In this document: positions 1-8,751 of the stretch, in pieces
Position numbering within the stretch: position 1 is the stretch's first letter
How the letters are laid out: the number at the start of each line of letters is the position of its first letter
From: Polyangiaceae bacterium
GTDB lineage: Bacteria; Myxococcota_A; Polyangia; Polyangiales; Polyangiaceae
Direction of reading: 5' to 3'
DNA: 64,000 nucleotides
NCBI GenBank assembly: GCA_044376115.1
Contig: JBILLK010000033.1
Span: forward strand, 32,001-96,000
Made by a program: the position numbers and the translations under genes
The notes under the pieces: generated by a model
The model's input: only the letters and a program-made list of their open reading frames with translations
Databases searched by the model: none
Told to the model about the DNA's origin: nothing

Positions 1-6
1 GCGAGG

Positions 7-2316
7 ATGCGCTCCTTGTTTCGGGCACCGGTGATGGCGACCGCTTGGCTTTTGACGCTGCTGACGGCCTGCGGTGATAGTGGCGTCGGCAGCGGTGGTG
101 GCGGAAGTGACGGCGAGGCCGGCGCAAGCAGCAGCACCGGTGGGGCGAATAGCGGCGGTGCAAACAGCGGCGGCGGTGGTGCTAGCGGAGGCAGCGGCGG
201 GGAGGGCGGCTCGCGCATCCCGGCCGTTGAAGATCCGTATCAGCCCGCGCCCGCGCCCAGCGAATGGTCGTCCGCTGAGCTGGCCGATCTGCAGGCCGGC
301 GTGGATAGCGCCCTCAACGGCATCTCCGGCGCGACGCATTCGGCTTTGATCGTCGGGCTCGACTCGGGCCAAGTGCTCTATCAACGCTCGCCCGATTCGC
401 TGCGCAAACCCGCGTCCAACACCAAGCTCTTCACCACCGCGGTCGGCCTGGTTGAACACGGCGCGAGCCATCGGCCGCTCGCGCGCCTGTATCGCGCCAA
501 CGCGAGCGGCGCCACCATCAGCGGCGACATCACGCTGGTCCTCGAGCACGATCCTTCGGCCTCTACCTGGTTTGCCGACTCGGCGACGCAGCCGCTCGAG
601 GCCGCCGCTGAGGCGCTCGCGGCCAGCGGCGTCACGCAGGTCACCGGCAACGCGGTGGTCAAAGGCGAGGGCGTGTTCGTCGGAAGTTCGCTGGGGACGA
701 TCTCCTTCAGCGGCGAGCGCGCCGAGATCGCGACGGCCTTCTTGAACGCCCTCGAGGGCGCCGGTATCGCGGTCGCGGGCAACGCCAGCAACGCCGCTGG
801 CTTCGACCCGCCCGCTGGCGCCACTTTGATCGCCGAACTGCCCGCCGCGTCGAACGACGTGATCGCGCACGCCATCAATGTACCGAGTCACAACGAGTTC
901 GCCGATCTTTGGTCGCATCATCTCGGTCAACTCGCCTCCGGCACCAACACCTTCGCCGGCGGCTTCGCGGCGATGGAAGCCTCGCTCGATGGGCTCGGCG
1001 TCGCGCACCCGGGGCTCTTGCTCAACGACGGCTCCGGCCTTTCGCACGACAACCGCGTCTCGGCGCGACACATCGTCGATCTCTTCGTTGCCATGGCCGA
1101 GCAGCCCTCGTGGGACGCTTACGTCAAGTCGATGGCCGTCTCCGGGCTTCGCGGCACCATCGCTTCGCGCATGACCGGCCCGGACACGAACGCGCGCTTC
1201 TGGGGTAAGACCGGCACGCTCACCGGCGTGGTCGCGCTCTCCGGCGTGCTCTTTCACAAGCACGACGGTCAACGTTACGTCGCGAGCTTCCTCGTCAATA
1301 GCGTCTCCGATTCACCGCAAGCCCGCGCACGGTTGGATCAAGCCGTGGCCTCGCTAGGCGAAGACCGTCGCAACCTTGCCGACTTGCCCGCCGCGCCCAG
1401 GTTGCTCGCGCTCGACGACGACGACAACGGCGCTTCGGCGGTCGCCCGCTTCACGCCGGTCGACGGTGCCAGCGGCTATCTGCTCTGGCGCAGCGCCGAC
1501 GGCCTCACCTGGAAACGCGAAGACGCGCGCCTGATCGACGGTACGACTCATCGCACGCTCTCCTTCGATGGCGCGCTGTTCGTGCGCGTGACCGCCTTGA
1601 ATGAGGCCGGTGAGGGCCCGCCCTCGAGCGTGCTCGCGGTGCGCTGCTCGCAAGACGGCCCGAAGATCCTCGTGGTCGACGGCAACGAGCGCCACAGCTC
1701 GCAGCCGGTCCCGGAGAATCCGCTGCGTTGGGGCCACAGCTCGCTCAGCGCCTACGCGGCCGCGCTTGACGCTCCCTTCGAGAGCGCCTCGCACGCGCAG
1801 ATCGATTCCGGCGAAGTCGATCTGAGCGGCTACGACTCGGTGATTTGGCTGCTCGGTCGCGAGTCGGTGGCCGACGAAACCTTCTCGGTAGCCGAACAAG
1901 AGCGCGTGCGTCAGTTCGTCGAGAGCGGTGGTGCGCTGGTCGTTTCGGGCGCTGAGCTCGGCTACGACCTGATCGATCAAGGCTCACCCGAAGACGCAGC
2001 CTTCGCGCGCGAGGTGCTCGGTCTCGAGTACGTCGCCGATGACGCGGGTACCACGCTCTTGCGCGCTGGAGAGCTGGATCTCGGCGTTTTCGTCGCGCGT
2101 TTCTCCAAGTTGGGCACGAGTGAAGTGGCCTTCCCCGACGTGCTCGCGCCAGCCGGCGAGGGCGTCTCCTGTTTGACCTACGCGAGCGGTGGCGACGCCT
2201 GCGTCGTGACAGACTTCCCGGCTGGCGGCCGCGCGGTGAGCCTTGGTTTGCCGCTCGAGTCGCTCGATGACCCGGCGCTACTCCAGAAGATCGTCGCCTT
2301 GGGATTGGGCACGTGA
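7..2316 (+). CDS. dacB: D-Ala-D-Ala carboxypeptidase/endopeptidase (PBP4, peptidase S13) lipoprotein with C-terminal FN3-like and glutamine-amidotransferase-like domains
   Basis: Lipobox LLTAC, Gly/Ser linker, SxxK (PASNTK), SxN (SHN), DGSGLS and KTG (GKTGTL) motifs; ~320 extra C-terminal residues. Confidence 0.85.
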   Translation: MRSLFRAPVMATAWLLTLLTACGDSGVGSGGGGSDGEAGASSSTGGANSGGANSGGGGASGGSGGEGGSRIPAVEDPYQPAPAPSEWSSAELADLQAGVDSALNGISGATHSALIVGLDSGQVLYQRSPDSLRKPASNTKLFTTAVGLVEHGASHRPLARLYRANASGATISGDITLVLEHDPSASTWFADSATQPLEAAAEALAASGVTQVTGNAVVKGEGVFVGSSLGTISFSGERAEIATAFLNALEGAGIAVAGNASNAAGFDPPAGATLIAELPAASNDVIAHAINVPSHNEFADLWSHHLGQLASGTNTFAGGFAAMEASLDGLGVAHPGLLLNDGSGLSHDNRVSARHIVDLFVAMAEQPSWDAYVKSMAVSGLRGTIASRMTGPDTNARFWGKTGTLTGVVALSGVLFHKHDGQRYVASFLVNSVSDSPQARARLDQAVASLGEDRRNLADLPAAPRLLALDDDDNGASAVARFTPVDGASGYLLWRSADGLTWKREDARLIDGTTHRTLSFDGALFVRVTALNEAGEGPPSSVLAVRCSQDGPKILVVDGNERHSSQPVPENPLRWGHSSLSAYAAALDAPFESASHAQIDSGEVDLSGYDSVIWLLGRESVADETFSVAEQERVRQFVESGGALVVSGAELGYDLIDQGSPEDAAFAREVLGLEYVADDAGTTLLRAGELDLGVFVARFSKLGTSEVAFPDVLAPAGEGVSCLTYASGGDACVVTDFPAGGRAVSLGLPLESLDDPALLQKIVALGLGT

Positions 2317-3371
2317 TGATGGGGCAGGGAAGGGGGCCGGCTGTTGCAAGCGCGCCCCGCAAAAGCCGTTTGCCTCGCGTGCTCGCGTTGGGCCTGCTCG
2401 GCCTCGCGCCTAGCCTCTATTTCGGCTGCGGCGACGGCGAGAAGGTGGACGGCTTCAGCTGCGACGAGAGCTACGCCTTCGACGCCAGCAACACGAGCCC
2501 CGTTCGCTTGCGGATCGAAGGTCGCGAGCTCTTCGGTCCGGACGGAGAGAAGCTGCAGCTGCGCGGCGCCAACCTCAAGAACATCGACGCCGAGCAGGCG
2601 CGCGAGCTGCGTGAGGACCTGCAGTTCAACTTCGTGCGCATGCGCATCTCGTTCGAGGGGGACAACCGCGATGACAACGACCCAACCGGCTTCTCGAGGG
2701 AGTTCCGCACCGAACTCGACGAGTGGGTTACGGCGCTGGCCGCCGAGCAGATTTGGATCTTGCTCGAGATGCGCTCCGACGACGAGACGACGAATGACCC
2801 AGCGCTTTACGATCCCTCGAGCAGCACCTTCGCTCCGTATGCGCGGGCGTGGGAGTATCTCGGCTGCCGCTACCGCAGCGCCGACTACGTCGCAGGCTAT
2901 GGCCTTTTGGCCGAACCGAGCGCCAGTCGCGGGGACAAGGAGCCGGTCGATACGCTGACGAAGTTCCAATTGGCGCTGATGGAGCGCATCGACGCGACTG
3001 GCGATAACGCGACGCCGTATTTCGTCGGGCCCGACTACAACTACGACACCATGCAGTACCGCTACGACGAGTACTTCACGGCGCTCGCGGCCTACGAAGG
3101 TCGCCTGGTCTACGAGGTCAACAGCTTGGTGCCCAAGCCGTGGATCCAAGACGGCACTGTGCCCGACGGCGTAAGCAAGGCCGAGAGCTCCTATCCGCAG
3201 CCCGCTCCCGCGAACTTCGACTTCTTGCTCGAGCCGAAGGCGGGGGAGTCGTTTGAGGTTCCGCGCGATCTCGAGCGCATCTTCAGTTCACGTTCCGAAG
3301 AGCCGGAGAACTTCCCTGCGTTGCTCTCGCCCGAGTTCGTGTTCGACTTCTACGCCGCGCTGCCGCAGTAG
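2313..3371 (+). CDS. GH5 (cellulase-family) glycoside hydrolase-like lipoprotein, apparently C-terminally truncated
   Basis: LRGAN, NFVRMRI, GLLAEP (NEP-equivalent), LVYEVN strands; no nucleophile-Glu strand before the stop; lipobox-like YFGC. Confidence 0.6.
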   Translation: MMMGQGRGPAVASAPRKSRLPRVLALGLLGLAPSLYFGCGDGEKVDGFSCDESYAFDASNTSPVRLRIEGRELFGPDGEKLQLRGANLKNIDAEQARELREDLQFNFVRMRISFEGDNRDDNDPTGFSREFRTELDEWVTALAAEQIWILLEMRSDDETTNDPALYDPSSSTFAPYARAWEYLGCRYRSADYVAGYGLLAEPSASRGDKEPVDTLTKFQLALMERIDATGDNATPYFVGPDYNYDTMQYRYDEYFTALAAYEGRLVYEVNSLVPKPWIQDGTVPDGVSKAESSYPQPAPANFDFLLEPKAGESFEVPRDLERIFSSRSEEPENFPALLSPEFVFDFYAALPQ

Positions 3372-3389
3372 CGTTGTATCGTCGACTCC

Positions 3390-3752
3390 GTGAAAGCCTT
3401 GCAAACCGTGCGCGTCGCAGCCGCTCTCGCGATCCCCTTGGGTCATCGCGTGGAGGTCCGCTGGTACTCTTACGAGCAGTCGAACTTCTTCTCGTCCACG
3501 CCGGAGCTGCGTGAACTCGAGGCCCCGTGGGTCGTCGATCTCGAGACCGGCGTCGAGTACAGCCACGGCGAGCACCACGAGGAGTCGAACACCGTCACCA
3601 GCGGTCGCGTCAAAGAGGTGCCGCTCGAACTAAGGCCGACGCTGAAGCTGCGTTCGCAGCTGCGAGGCACCGTTCGGCGTTGCGTGGTGATGACGTTGGG
3701 CAGCGGACAGTACGCCTATCCGCAGACCACGCTGCTAATCGAGCCTGAGTAG
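3390..3752 (+). CDS. hypothetical protein (120 aa)
   Basis: GTG-start ORF with GC-rich codon bias filling the gap between genes. Confidence 0.55.
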   Translation: MKALQTVRVAAALAIPLGHRVEVRWYSYEQSNFFSSTPELRELEAPWVVDLETGVEYSHGEHHEESNTVTSGRVKEVPLELRPTLKLRSQLRGTVRRCVVMTLGSGQYAYPQTTLLIEPE

Positions 3753-3813
3753 CCGCTGAATTCGTCTGACTTGTGCGAGTTTTTCACTGGGGGATGCGCT
3801 AGCCTCCCGCGCC

Positions 3814-4410
3814 ATGTCTACCCTTCGATTGTGGCTAGCCTCGGCCACCGTGATCGTCGCCAGCATCTTGTCGCAAGACGCGAGCGCCGAACCCACCAAG
3901 CCCGCCAAGCGCACCGTGGTCAATCGCGTCGTGGCTAGCGTGGACCGCGAGCCGATCACCTGGTTCGAGTTGATGCGCCGGGCCAAGCCGCTCTTGCCGC
4001 AGATCGAACAAGTGGCCGAGGCCGACCGTGAGAAGGCGCGTGAGCAGCTGATGCGGCAGCTGCTCGACAAGCTGATTGCCGAGCGCTTGATCGCTCTTCG
4101 GGCCAAGGAGCTGAGCGTAGTTGTCTTCGAGGATGCGGTGGAGCGCGCGCTTGAGAAAATCGCGATGGGATCGAAGCGAACCGTGCCTGAGCTTTTTCAG
4201 GAGGCACTGCGGCTGGGCTTCACGGAGGCTGACTATCGTGCCGAGGTTCGGCGAGCCGTGCTGGATTCACGTGTGCTTGCGCTCGAGGTCCTGCCCAAGA
4301 TTAGGAGTGAAGGTCTCTCAGAAAAGGAGCTCGAGGAGAAGATCATCCGCGGCAAGGTGGATTTCCTCAATGCGCTGGCGTCGCAGCACTCGATCGAGGA
4401 CCGCCTATGA
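3814..4410 (+). CDS. SurA N-terminal-domain chaperone (no parvulin domain)
   Basis: Signal peptide; VNRVVASVDREPITWFEL and LLDKLIAERLI patterns typical of SurA_N. Confidence 0.75.
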   Translation: MSTLRLWLASATVIVASILSQDASAEPTKPAKRTVVNRVVASVDREPITWFELMRRAKPLLPQIEQVAEADREKAREQLMRQLLDKLIAERLIALRAKELSVVVFEDAVERALEKIAMGSKRTVPELFQEALRLGFTEADYRAEVRRAVLDSRVLALEVLPKIRSEGLSEKELEEKIIRGKVDFLNALASQHSIEDRL

Positions 4411-5501
4411 GCCGCGCGCATAGCGCCTTCGGCGCAAGCCTGGTTGCGTTGCTGCTCGGTGCTTGCACGCCGCCACCGCCGGCGGTCAAGCCGGTCGTGC
4501 CGGTGGTAGCGCCGCCGGTCGAAGAAGCCGAGGTCGGGCAGGTCTGTTCGGAGGCCCCCACGGACGGCGCTGGCCCAGCGCTCGCCCGCGTCGTGCTGCG
4601 CGATGCGCAGCCCGGCGAGTGCGAGCTCGTCACGGTGAAGGCCGGCGGCGCCTTGGATGAGGCCGAGCTAGACAAGACGGTGCGGGCTCTTTTTGCGACC
4701 GGTCACTACTCCGACGTCGTCGGCGTGACGGAGGACTCGCCGCGCGGGCCGCGTTTGGCGATCGAGGTCGTGCCGCTGCCCAAGCTGGTGACGATCAACT
4801 TCGAAGGCGCCACGGCGCTCAATCGCGAGGAGCTGCTCAAGGCGAGCCAGCTGAGTGAAGGCGCCTTCCTAGCCAAGGACGACGTGCGTCGCGCAGCGCT
4901 CGGCCTATCGCTGGCCTTCGAGGCGCTCGGCTTCCGACACGTCAAGGTGCAGCCAGCGGTGAGCTCGGTCGAGGGGAAGGGCTCCGCGCTCACCTTCACC
5001 ATCGTCGAAGGGAAGCGTGCGTTGCTCAAAGAGCTGCGCGCCGAAGGGCTCAAGAGCCTGGATCAAAAGACGCTCGATAAGATCGCCGACAAGTTGCTCG
5101 GTGGCGCCGTGACCGAAGCAACGTCGGAGGAGCTGCGCCTGCGGCTCGTGAGCTTCCTGTTGGACGGCGGCTACGTCGCTGGCGAGGTCTCGAGCATGGC
5201 CGTAACCGAGGGACCCAACGGAGATTTGTCGGGTCGCTTCAAAATTACGCCAGGCGCCAAGTTCAAGATCGGCACCGTGGGGCTCGCGGGCGAGCCGTGT
5301 TTGCCGGGCCCCAAGCTCGAGGCCCTGGTCAAAGGCACCCGGCCTGGGCAGACCTTCTCGCGCAAGAAGGTGGCCGATGACCGCAAAGCGCTGGAAGCTG
5401 CGTGCGCGGCAGCTGGTTCCCCGCGGCTGATCGACGTCGCCACCGATCTGCAACTCGACAAGAAGCGCATCAACCTTGTGTTCGGCATGCTGCCGCCGTG
5501 A
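4407..5501 (+). CDS. POTRA-domain lipoprotein without beta-barrel
   Basis: Lipobox LLGAC; BamA-like POTRA patterns (VRALFATGHYSDV, INFEG, LTFTIVEG); ATGA overlap with SurA-N gene; ends without barrel. Confidence 0.7.
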   Translation: MSRAHSAFGASLVALLLGACTPPPPAVKPVVPVVAPPVEEAEVGQVCSEAPTDGAGPALARVVLRDAQPGECELVTVKAGGALDEAELDKTVRALFATGHYSDVVGVTEDSPRGPRLAIEVVPLPKLVTINFEGATALNREELLKASQLSEGAFLAKDDVRRAALGLSLAFEALGFRHVKVQPAVSSVEGKGSALTFTIVEGKRALLKELRAEGLKSLDQKTLDKIADKLLGGAVTEATSEELRLRLVSFLLDGGYVAGEVSSMAVTEGPNGDLSGRFKITPGAKFKIGTVGLAGEPCLPGPKLEALVKGTRPGQTFSRKKVADDRKALEAACAAAGSPRLIDVATDLQLDKKRINLVFGMLPP

Positions 5502-5556
5502 ATCATTGTGGTGACTCCAGCTTTGCTCGTCGCTGACCGAAAAAGCGCTCGCTTTA

Positions 5557-5654
5557 ATTGACTCGTGCCGTGTTCCGGCTTCAACGGGGCCTTCGGCGGT
5601 TGTCTAGCTGAGGGCACGAGTCAATCTGTCTGCTACATCCTCCTTCGGCGGAAG
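5557..5654. repeat. structured intergenic repeat, copy 1
   Basis: Perfect 13-bp inverted repeat ATTGACTCGTGCC (5557-5569)/GGCACGAGTCAAT (5613-5625), internal GCCTTCGGC, tail CTGTCTGCTACATCCTCCTTCGGCGGAA; similar to 23908-23970 and 57537-57706. Confidence 0.75.
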
Positions 5655-5692
5655 TTCGGCCCAGTCGAGCGGTTCGCGTAGCCTCTCGTGCC

Positions 5693-6235
5693 GTGAACAC
5701 CAGTATCTTCTTTATCGGCCTGGCCAAGATTGGCTTCGGCGTGGTCGTCGCAGCGCTGGGCATGTTTGCCGGCACGCGTTTCTTTGCGCGGCTGACCAAG
5801 TTGGGCAAGGTCGATGAAGAGCTGGCCAAGGGCAATCATGCGGTGAGCGTGTTGATGGCCGCCGCTGTAGTTGCGCTCGGCTTACTCGCACAGCACGCTG
5901 TGGTGGCAACCTTCTCAGCGCTCGATCTGGCCTATCGCGATCAACAGTTCGAGCCCGAGATGCTGCTGGCCTTCTGCCTCTACGGCAGCGTGCATGTGGC
6001 GACGGCCTTGGCCGTGGGCTTGATCGTCTTGCGCCTGGGTACCGCGCTGTTTGGCTGGCTGACGCGGGGCGTGGACGAGATGGCCGAGATTCGAAAGGGC
6101 AACCTCGCGCCGGCGTTGGTCTTGGGCGCAGTGATCGTGGTGTTGGCGTTGATGGCCGCTCCCGGCCTCGAGATGGCGCTGAACGGCCTACTGCCGCTGC
6201 CCGAGCTCGGTCGCGACATGGTGCTCGCGCCGTGA
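5693..6235 (+). CDS. DUF350-family membrane protein (two repeats)
   Basis: Four hydrophobic segments; two DE..E..KGN.A motifs (VDEELAKGNHA, VDEMAEIRKGNLA). Confidence 0.75.
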   Translation: MNTSIFFIGLAKIGFGVVVAALGMFAGTRFFARLTKLGKVDEELAKGNHAVSVLMAAAVVALGLLAQHAVVATFSALDLAYRDQQFEPEMLLAFCLYGSVHVATALAVGLIVLRLGTALFGWLTRGVDEMAEIRKGNLAPALVLGAVIVVLALMAAPGLEMALNGLLPLPELGRDMVLAP

Positions 6236-7140
6236 AGCGGAAGCCCTTCGCACGCAGCCGTCTATTGGCTGCCACCGTTCTGGCGCTCAGGCTTTCGCTT
6301 GCGGCAGCGATCAGCACCAGCCTGGTGGGCTGTGTGGTCATCGACTTCACCAAGCTGATCAAGTCCAAGAAGAAGCAGAAGAAGAGCCGGTCGAGCTCGG
6401 ATGAGGAGGAGAACGCCGACTCGGTGGATCTCGGGAAAGCGCGCTTCCCCGACGATGCCAAGACGCCGAACGCCCGCCACTCTTGGGAAACGTCGCGGTT
6501 AGAGCCGGACACCTACGAACTCAGCTACGTCCTCGCCGAGGAGCAGCAGCAGAAGCTGTTGGAGGCGCATCGATCGTTTGCACGCAGCGTAAACTTCAAG
6601 GACGTCGGCAACAAATTCTCGTGGAGAGTCCCATCGGGCTGCAACAGCGACTTGGGCTGTGTCTACGGCATGCTGCGCGAGTCGAACCGCGAGGCGCTCG
6701 AACCCTTGACCGCCCTCTTCCGAGACTACGCCAAGGAGCACAAGCTGAAGTCGGACAAGCTTGCCCGGTTGATCGTGTCCTTCGTCCAACAGATCCGCTA
6801 CGACATCCCGGCTGAGTTCCCCTTTGGGGTACTTGGCCCCGCCAATGTCGTGGCTCAGAAGCGCGGGGATTGCGATTCAAAGGCGCTCTTGGCTTATCTG
6901 CTGCTGCGGGAGTTCGGCATCGACGTAGTGATCGTCAGCTCGTCAGCGCATAAACACGCAATGATCGGCGTGGGCATGCCGGCAACCGGCAAGAACAAGT
7001 TCTCGTACGGCGGGCATGACTACGCCTACGTAGAGCTCACGGCGATGGATTCACCAATTGGCTTCATCAGCCCAACCATGCTTCAGCCCAACGACTGGAC
7101 CGTGGTGAATGTGCGCGGACCAGCAACCCGCACCTGGTAG
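6232..7140 (+). CDS. transglutaminase-like (papain-fold) putative cysteine protease, probable lipoprotein
   Basis: FVQQIRY, GDCDSKA, HAMIGV and YVELT motifs; lipobox SLVGC; GTGA overlap with upstream gene. Confidence 0.7.
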   Translation: MKRKPFARSRLLAATVLALRLSLAAAISTSLVGCVVIDFTKLIKSKKKQKKSRSSSDEEENADSVDLGKARFPDDAKTPNARHSWETSRLEPDTYELSYVLAEEQQQKLLEAHRSFARSVNFKDVGNKFSWRVPSGCNSDLGCVYGMLRESNREALEPLTALFRDYAKEHKLKSDKLARLIVSFVQQIRYDIPAEFPFGVLGPANVVAQKRGDCDSKALLAYLLLREFGIDVVIVSSSAHKHAMIGVGMPATGKNKFSYGGHDYAYVELTAMDSPIGFISPTMLQPNDWTVVNVRGPATRTW

Positions 7141-7195
7141 AGCTGCTTTCTGTAGTGGACTCCCCAAGCGGCGGACCCTAGGGTACGCCCGCCTT

Positions 7196-8137
7196 ATGCA
7201 GCAAGAACGCGTTGCCAGTGAACTTCCGGCCGGTCAGCTCGCCCGGGACTTCGTCACCCTGACGAAGCCTCGGATCACGCTGATGGTGCTGATCACCACC
7301 TTGGGTGGGTATCTGCTCGGTTCGCGGTTCTTCAACGTGGAGCGTCCGGCCTCCGTTTGGTTGCCGCTCTTGGCCGGCTCGGCCTTGATCGTTGGCGGCG
7401 CCAACACGCTCAACATGTGGATGGAGCGTGACTCGGACGGCCTGATGAAGCGCACCAGCACGCGGCCCTTGCCGCAGGGCCGGATGAACCCTGACACGGT
7501 CCTGCGTTTCGGTCTGCTGCTGTCGGTGTTGGCGTTGCCGCTCTTGGTTTACGTCCACCTGACCACGGCGCTCTTGGGCTTGGTTGCGCTGCTCTCCTAC
7601 GTGCTCTTGTACACGCCGCTCAAGCAGCGCACGGCGTTGGCGCTACTGGTCGGGGCCGTTCCCGGTGCACTGCCCCCGCTGATGGGCTGGTCGGCCGCGC
7701 GCGGTACGGTGGACGGTCCGGGCCTCGTGCTGTTCAGCGTCCTGTTTCTCTGGCAGGTGCCTCACTTCCTCGCGATCGCGACTTTCCGTCAGTCGGAGTA
7801 CGAGCGAGCGGGGATCAAGGTCCTCCCGGCTGAGCGTGGTCGCGCCGTGACGCGCCATCAGGTCGTGCGCTATTCGGCGGCGTTGGTGCTCACCAGCGTG
7901 TTGCTCGTGCCGATGGGCGTTGGAGGCCCGATCTACCTCGTGGCTTCGCTCGTGCTCGGCGCGCTCTTTTTTGCGCTCTCGCTCGTTGGTCTGCGCAAAT
8001 CTGCCGGTGACAAATGGGCCAAGCAGCTCTTCTTCGCCTCGATGATCTACCTGACCGGCATCTTCGCGGCGCTCCTGCTCGACTCTCCCAAGCCTGTTGC
8101 GGCCGCTGCCGAGCAGGCCATCACCTCGCGGCTCTAG
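7196..8137 (+). CDS. cyoE: heme o synthase (protoheme IX farnesyltransferase)
   Basis: LTKPRI, ERDSDGLMKRTSTRPLP, YTPLKQRT, GALPPLMGW, WQVPHF motifs; ATG at 7196 chosen. Confidence 0.95.
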   Translation: MQQERVASELPAGQLARDFVTLTKPRITLMVLITTLGGYLLGSRFFNVERPASVWLPLLAGSALIVGGANTLNMWMERDSDGLMKRTSTRPLPQGRMNPDTVLRFGLLLSVLALPLLVYVHLTTALLGLVALLSYVLLYTPLKQRTALALLVGAVPGALPPLMGWSAARGTVDGPGLVLFSVLFLWQVPHFLAIATFRQSEYERAGIKVLPAERGRAVTRHQVVRYSAALVLTSVLLVPMGVGGPIYLVASLVLGALFFALSLVGLRKSAGDKWAKQLFFASMIYLTGIFAALLLDSPKPVAAAAEQAITSRL

Positions 8138-8751
8138 TGCGCGCCCGGCTCGTCGCTCTGTCCCTGCTCCTGGCCGCTTCATGCGGGCAGCGCCGTGGTT
8201 CCCAGGAGAGCTCAGAGCCCATCGTCAATGTCAGCGTCTCCGCCCCGGAGATCGACATTGCCATCCCTGTTTTCAACCTCACCGACCAGAACGGCAAGCC
8301 CTTTGGCCAGAAGGACATGCTCGGCTCGGTGTTCGTGGTGGACTTCATCTTCACCTCCTGCCCCAACGTCTGTCCCGAGTTGACCAAGCGCATGGCCGCC
8401 TTGTCGAAGGAGCTGCGTGACAAGCAGGGGCTCAAGTTTCTGTCGATCACGGTGGACCCGGAGACGGACACGCCCGAGAAATTGCGCGCCTTCCGTGACA
8501 AGTACGGGGACGCCGAAGCGCCGTGGTTCTTCATCACCGGTGAGCCCAAGGTGGTTGATGAAACCGTGCTGCAAGGCTTCAAGATGGCGATGACGCGCGG
8601 AACCAATGGCGGGCACGGAGACGCCAGCATCTTCCACGCGGAGCGCTTCGTCGTGATCGACAAGCAAGCGCATCTGCGCGGCATCTACGCGACGACGCCC
8701 GACGGCTTGACCGCCCTCAAACAGAAGGTCACTCAGCTGCTGGCTGAGTGA
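8137..8751 (+). CDS. SCO family copper chaperone lipoprotein
   Basis: FNLTDQNG, FIFTSCPNVCP (CxxxC), ITVDPETDTP, conserved His (IFHAERF); GTG start overlaps cyoE stop; lipobox LAASC. Confidence 0.92.
   Translation: MRARLVALSLLLAASCGQRRGSQESSEPIVNVSVSAPEIDIAIPVFNLTDQNGKPFGQKDMLGSVFVVDFIFTSCPNVCPELTKRMAALSKELRDKQGLKFLSITVDPETDTPEKLRAFRDKYGDAEAPWFFITGEPKVVDETVLQGFKMAMTRGTNGGHGDASIFHAERFVVIDKQAHLRGIYATTPDGLTALKQKVTQLLAE

Noticed and set aside
3767..3776. TGACTTGTGC resembling the repeat arm
   Set aside because: Only 10 bp with no partner arm or tail; may be chance
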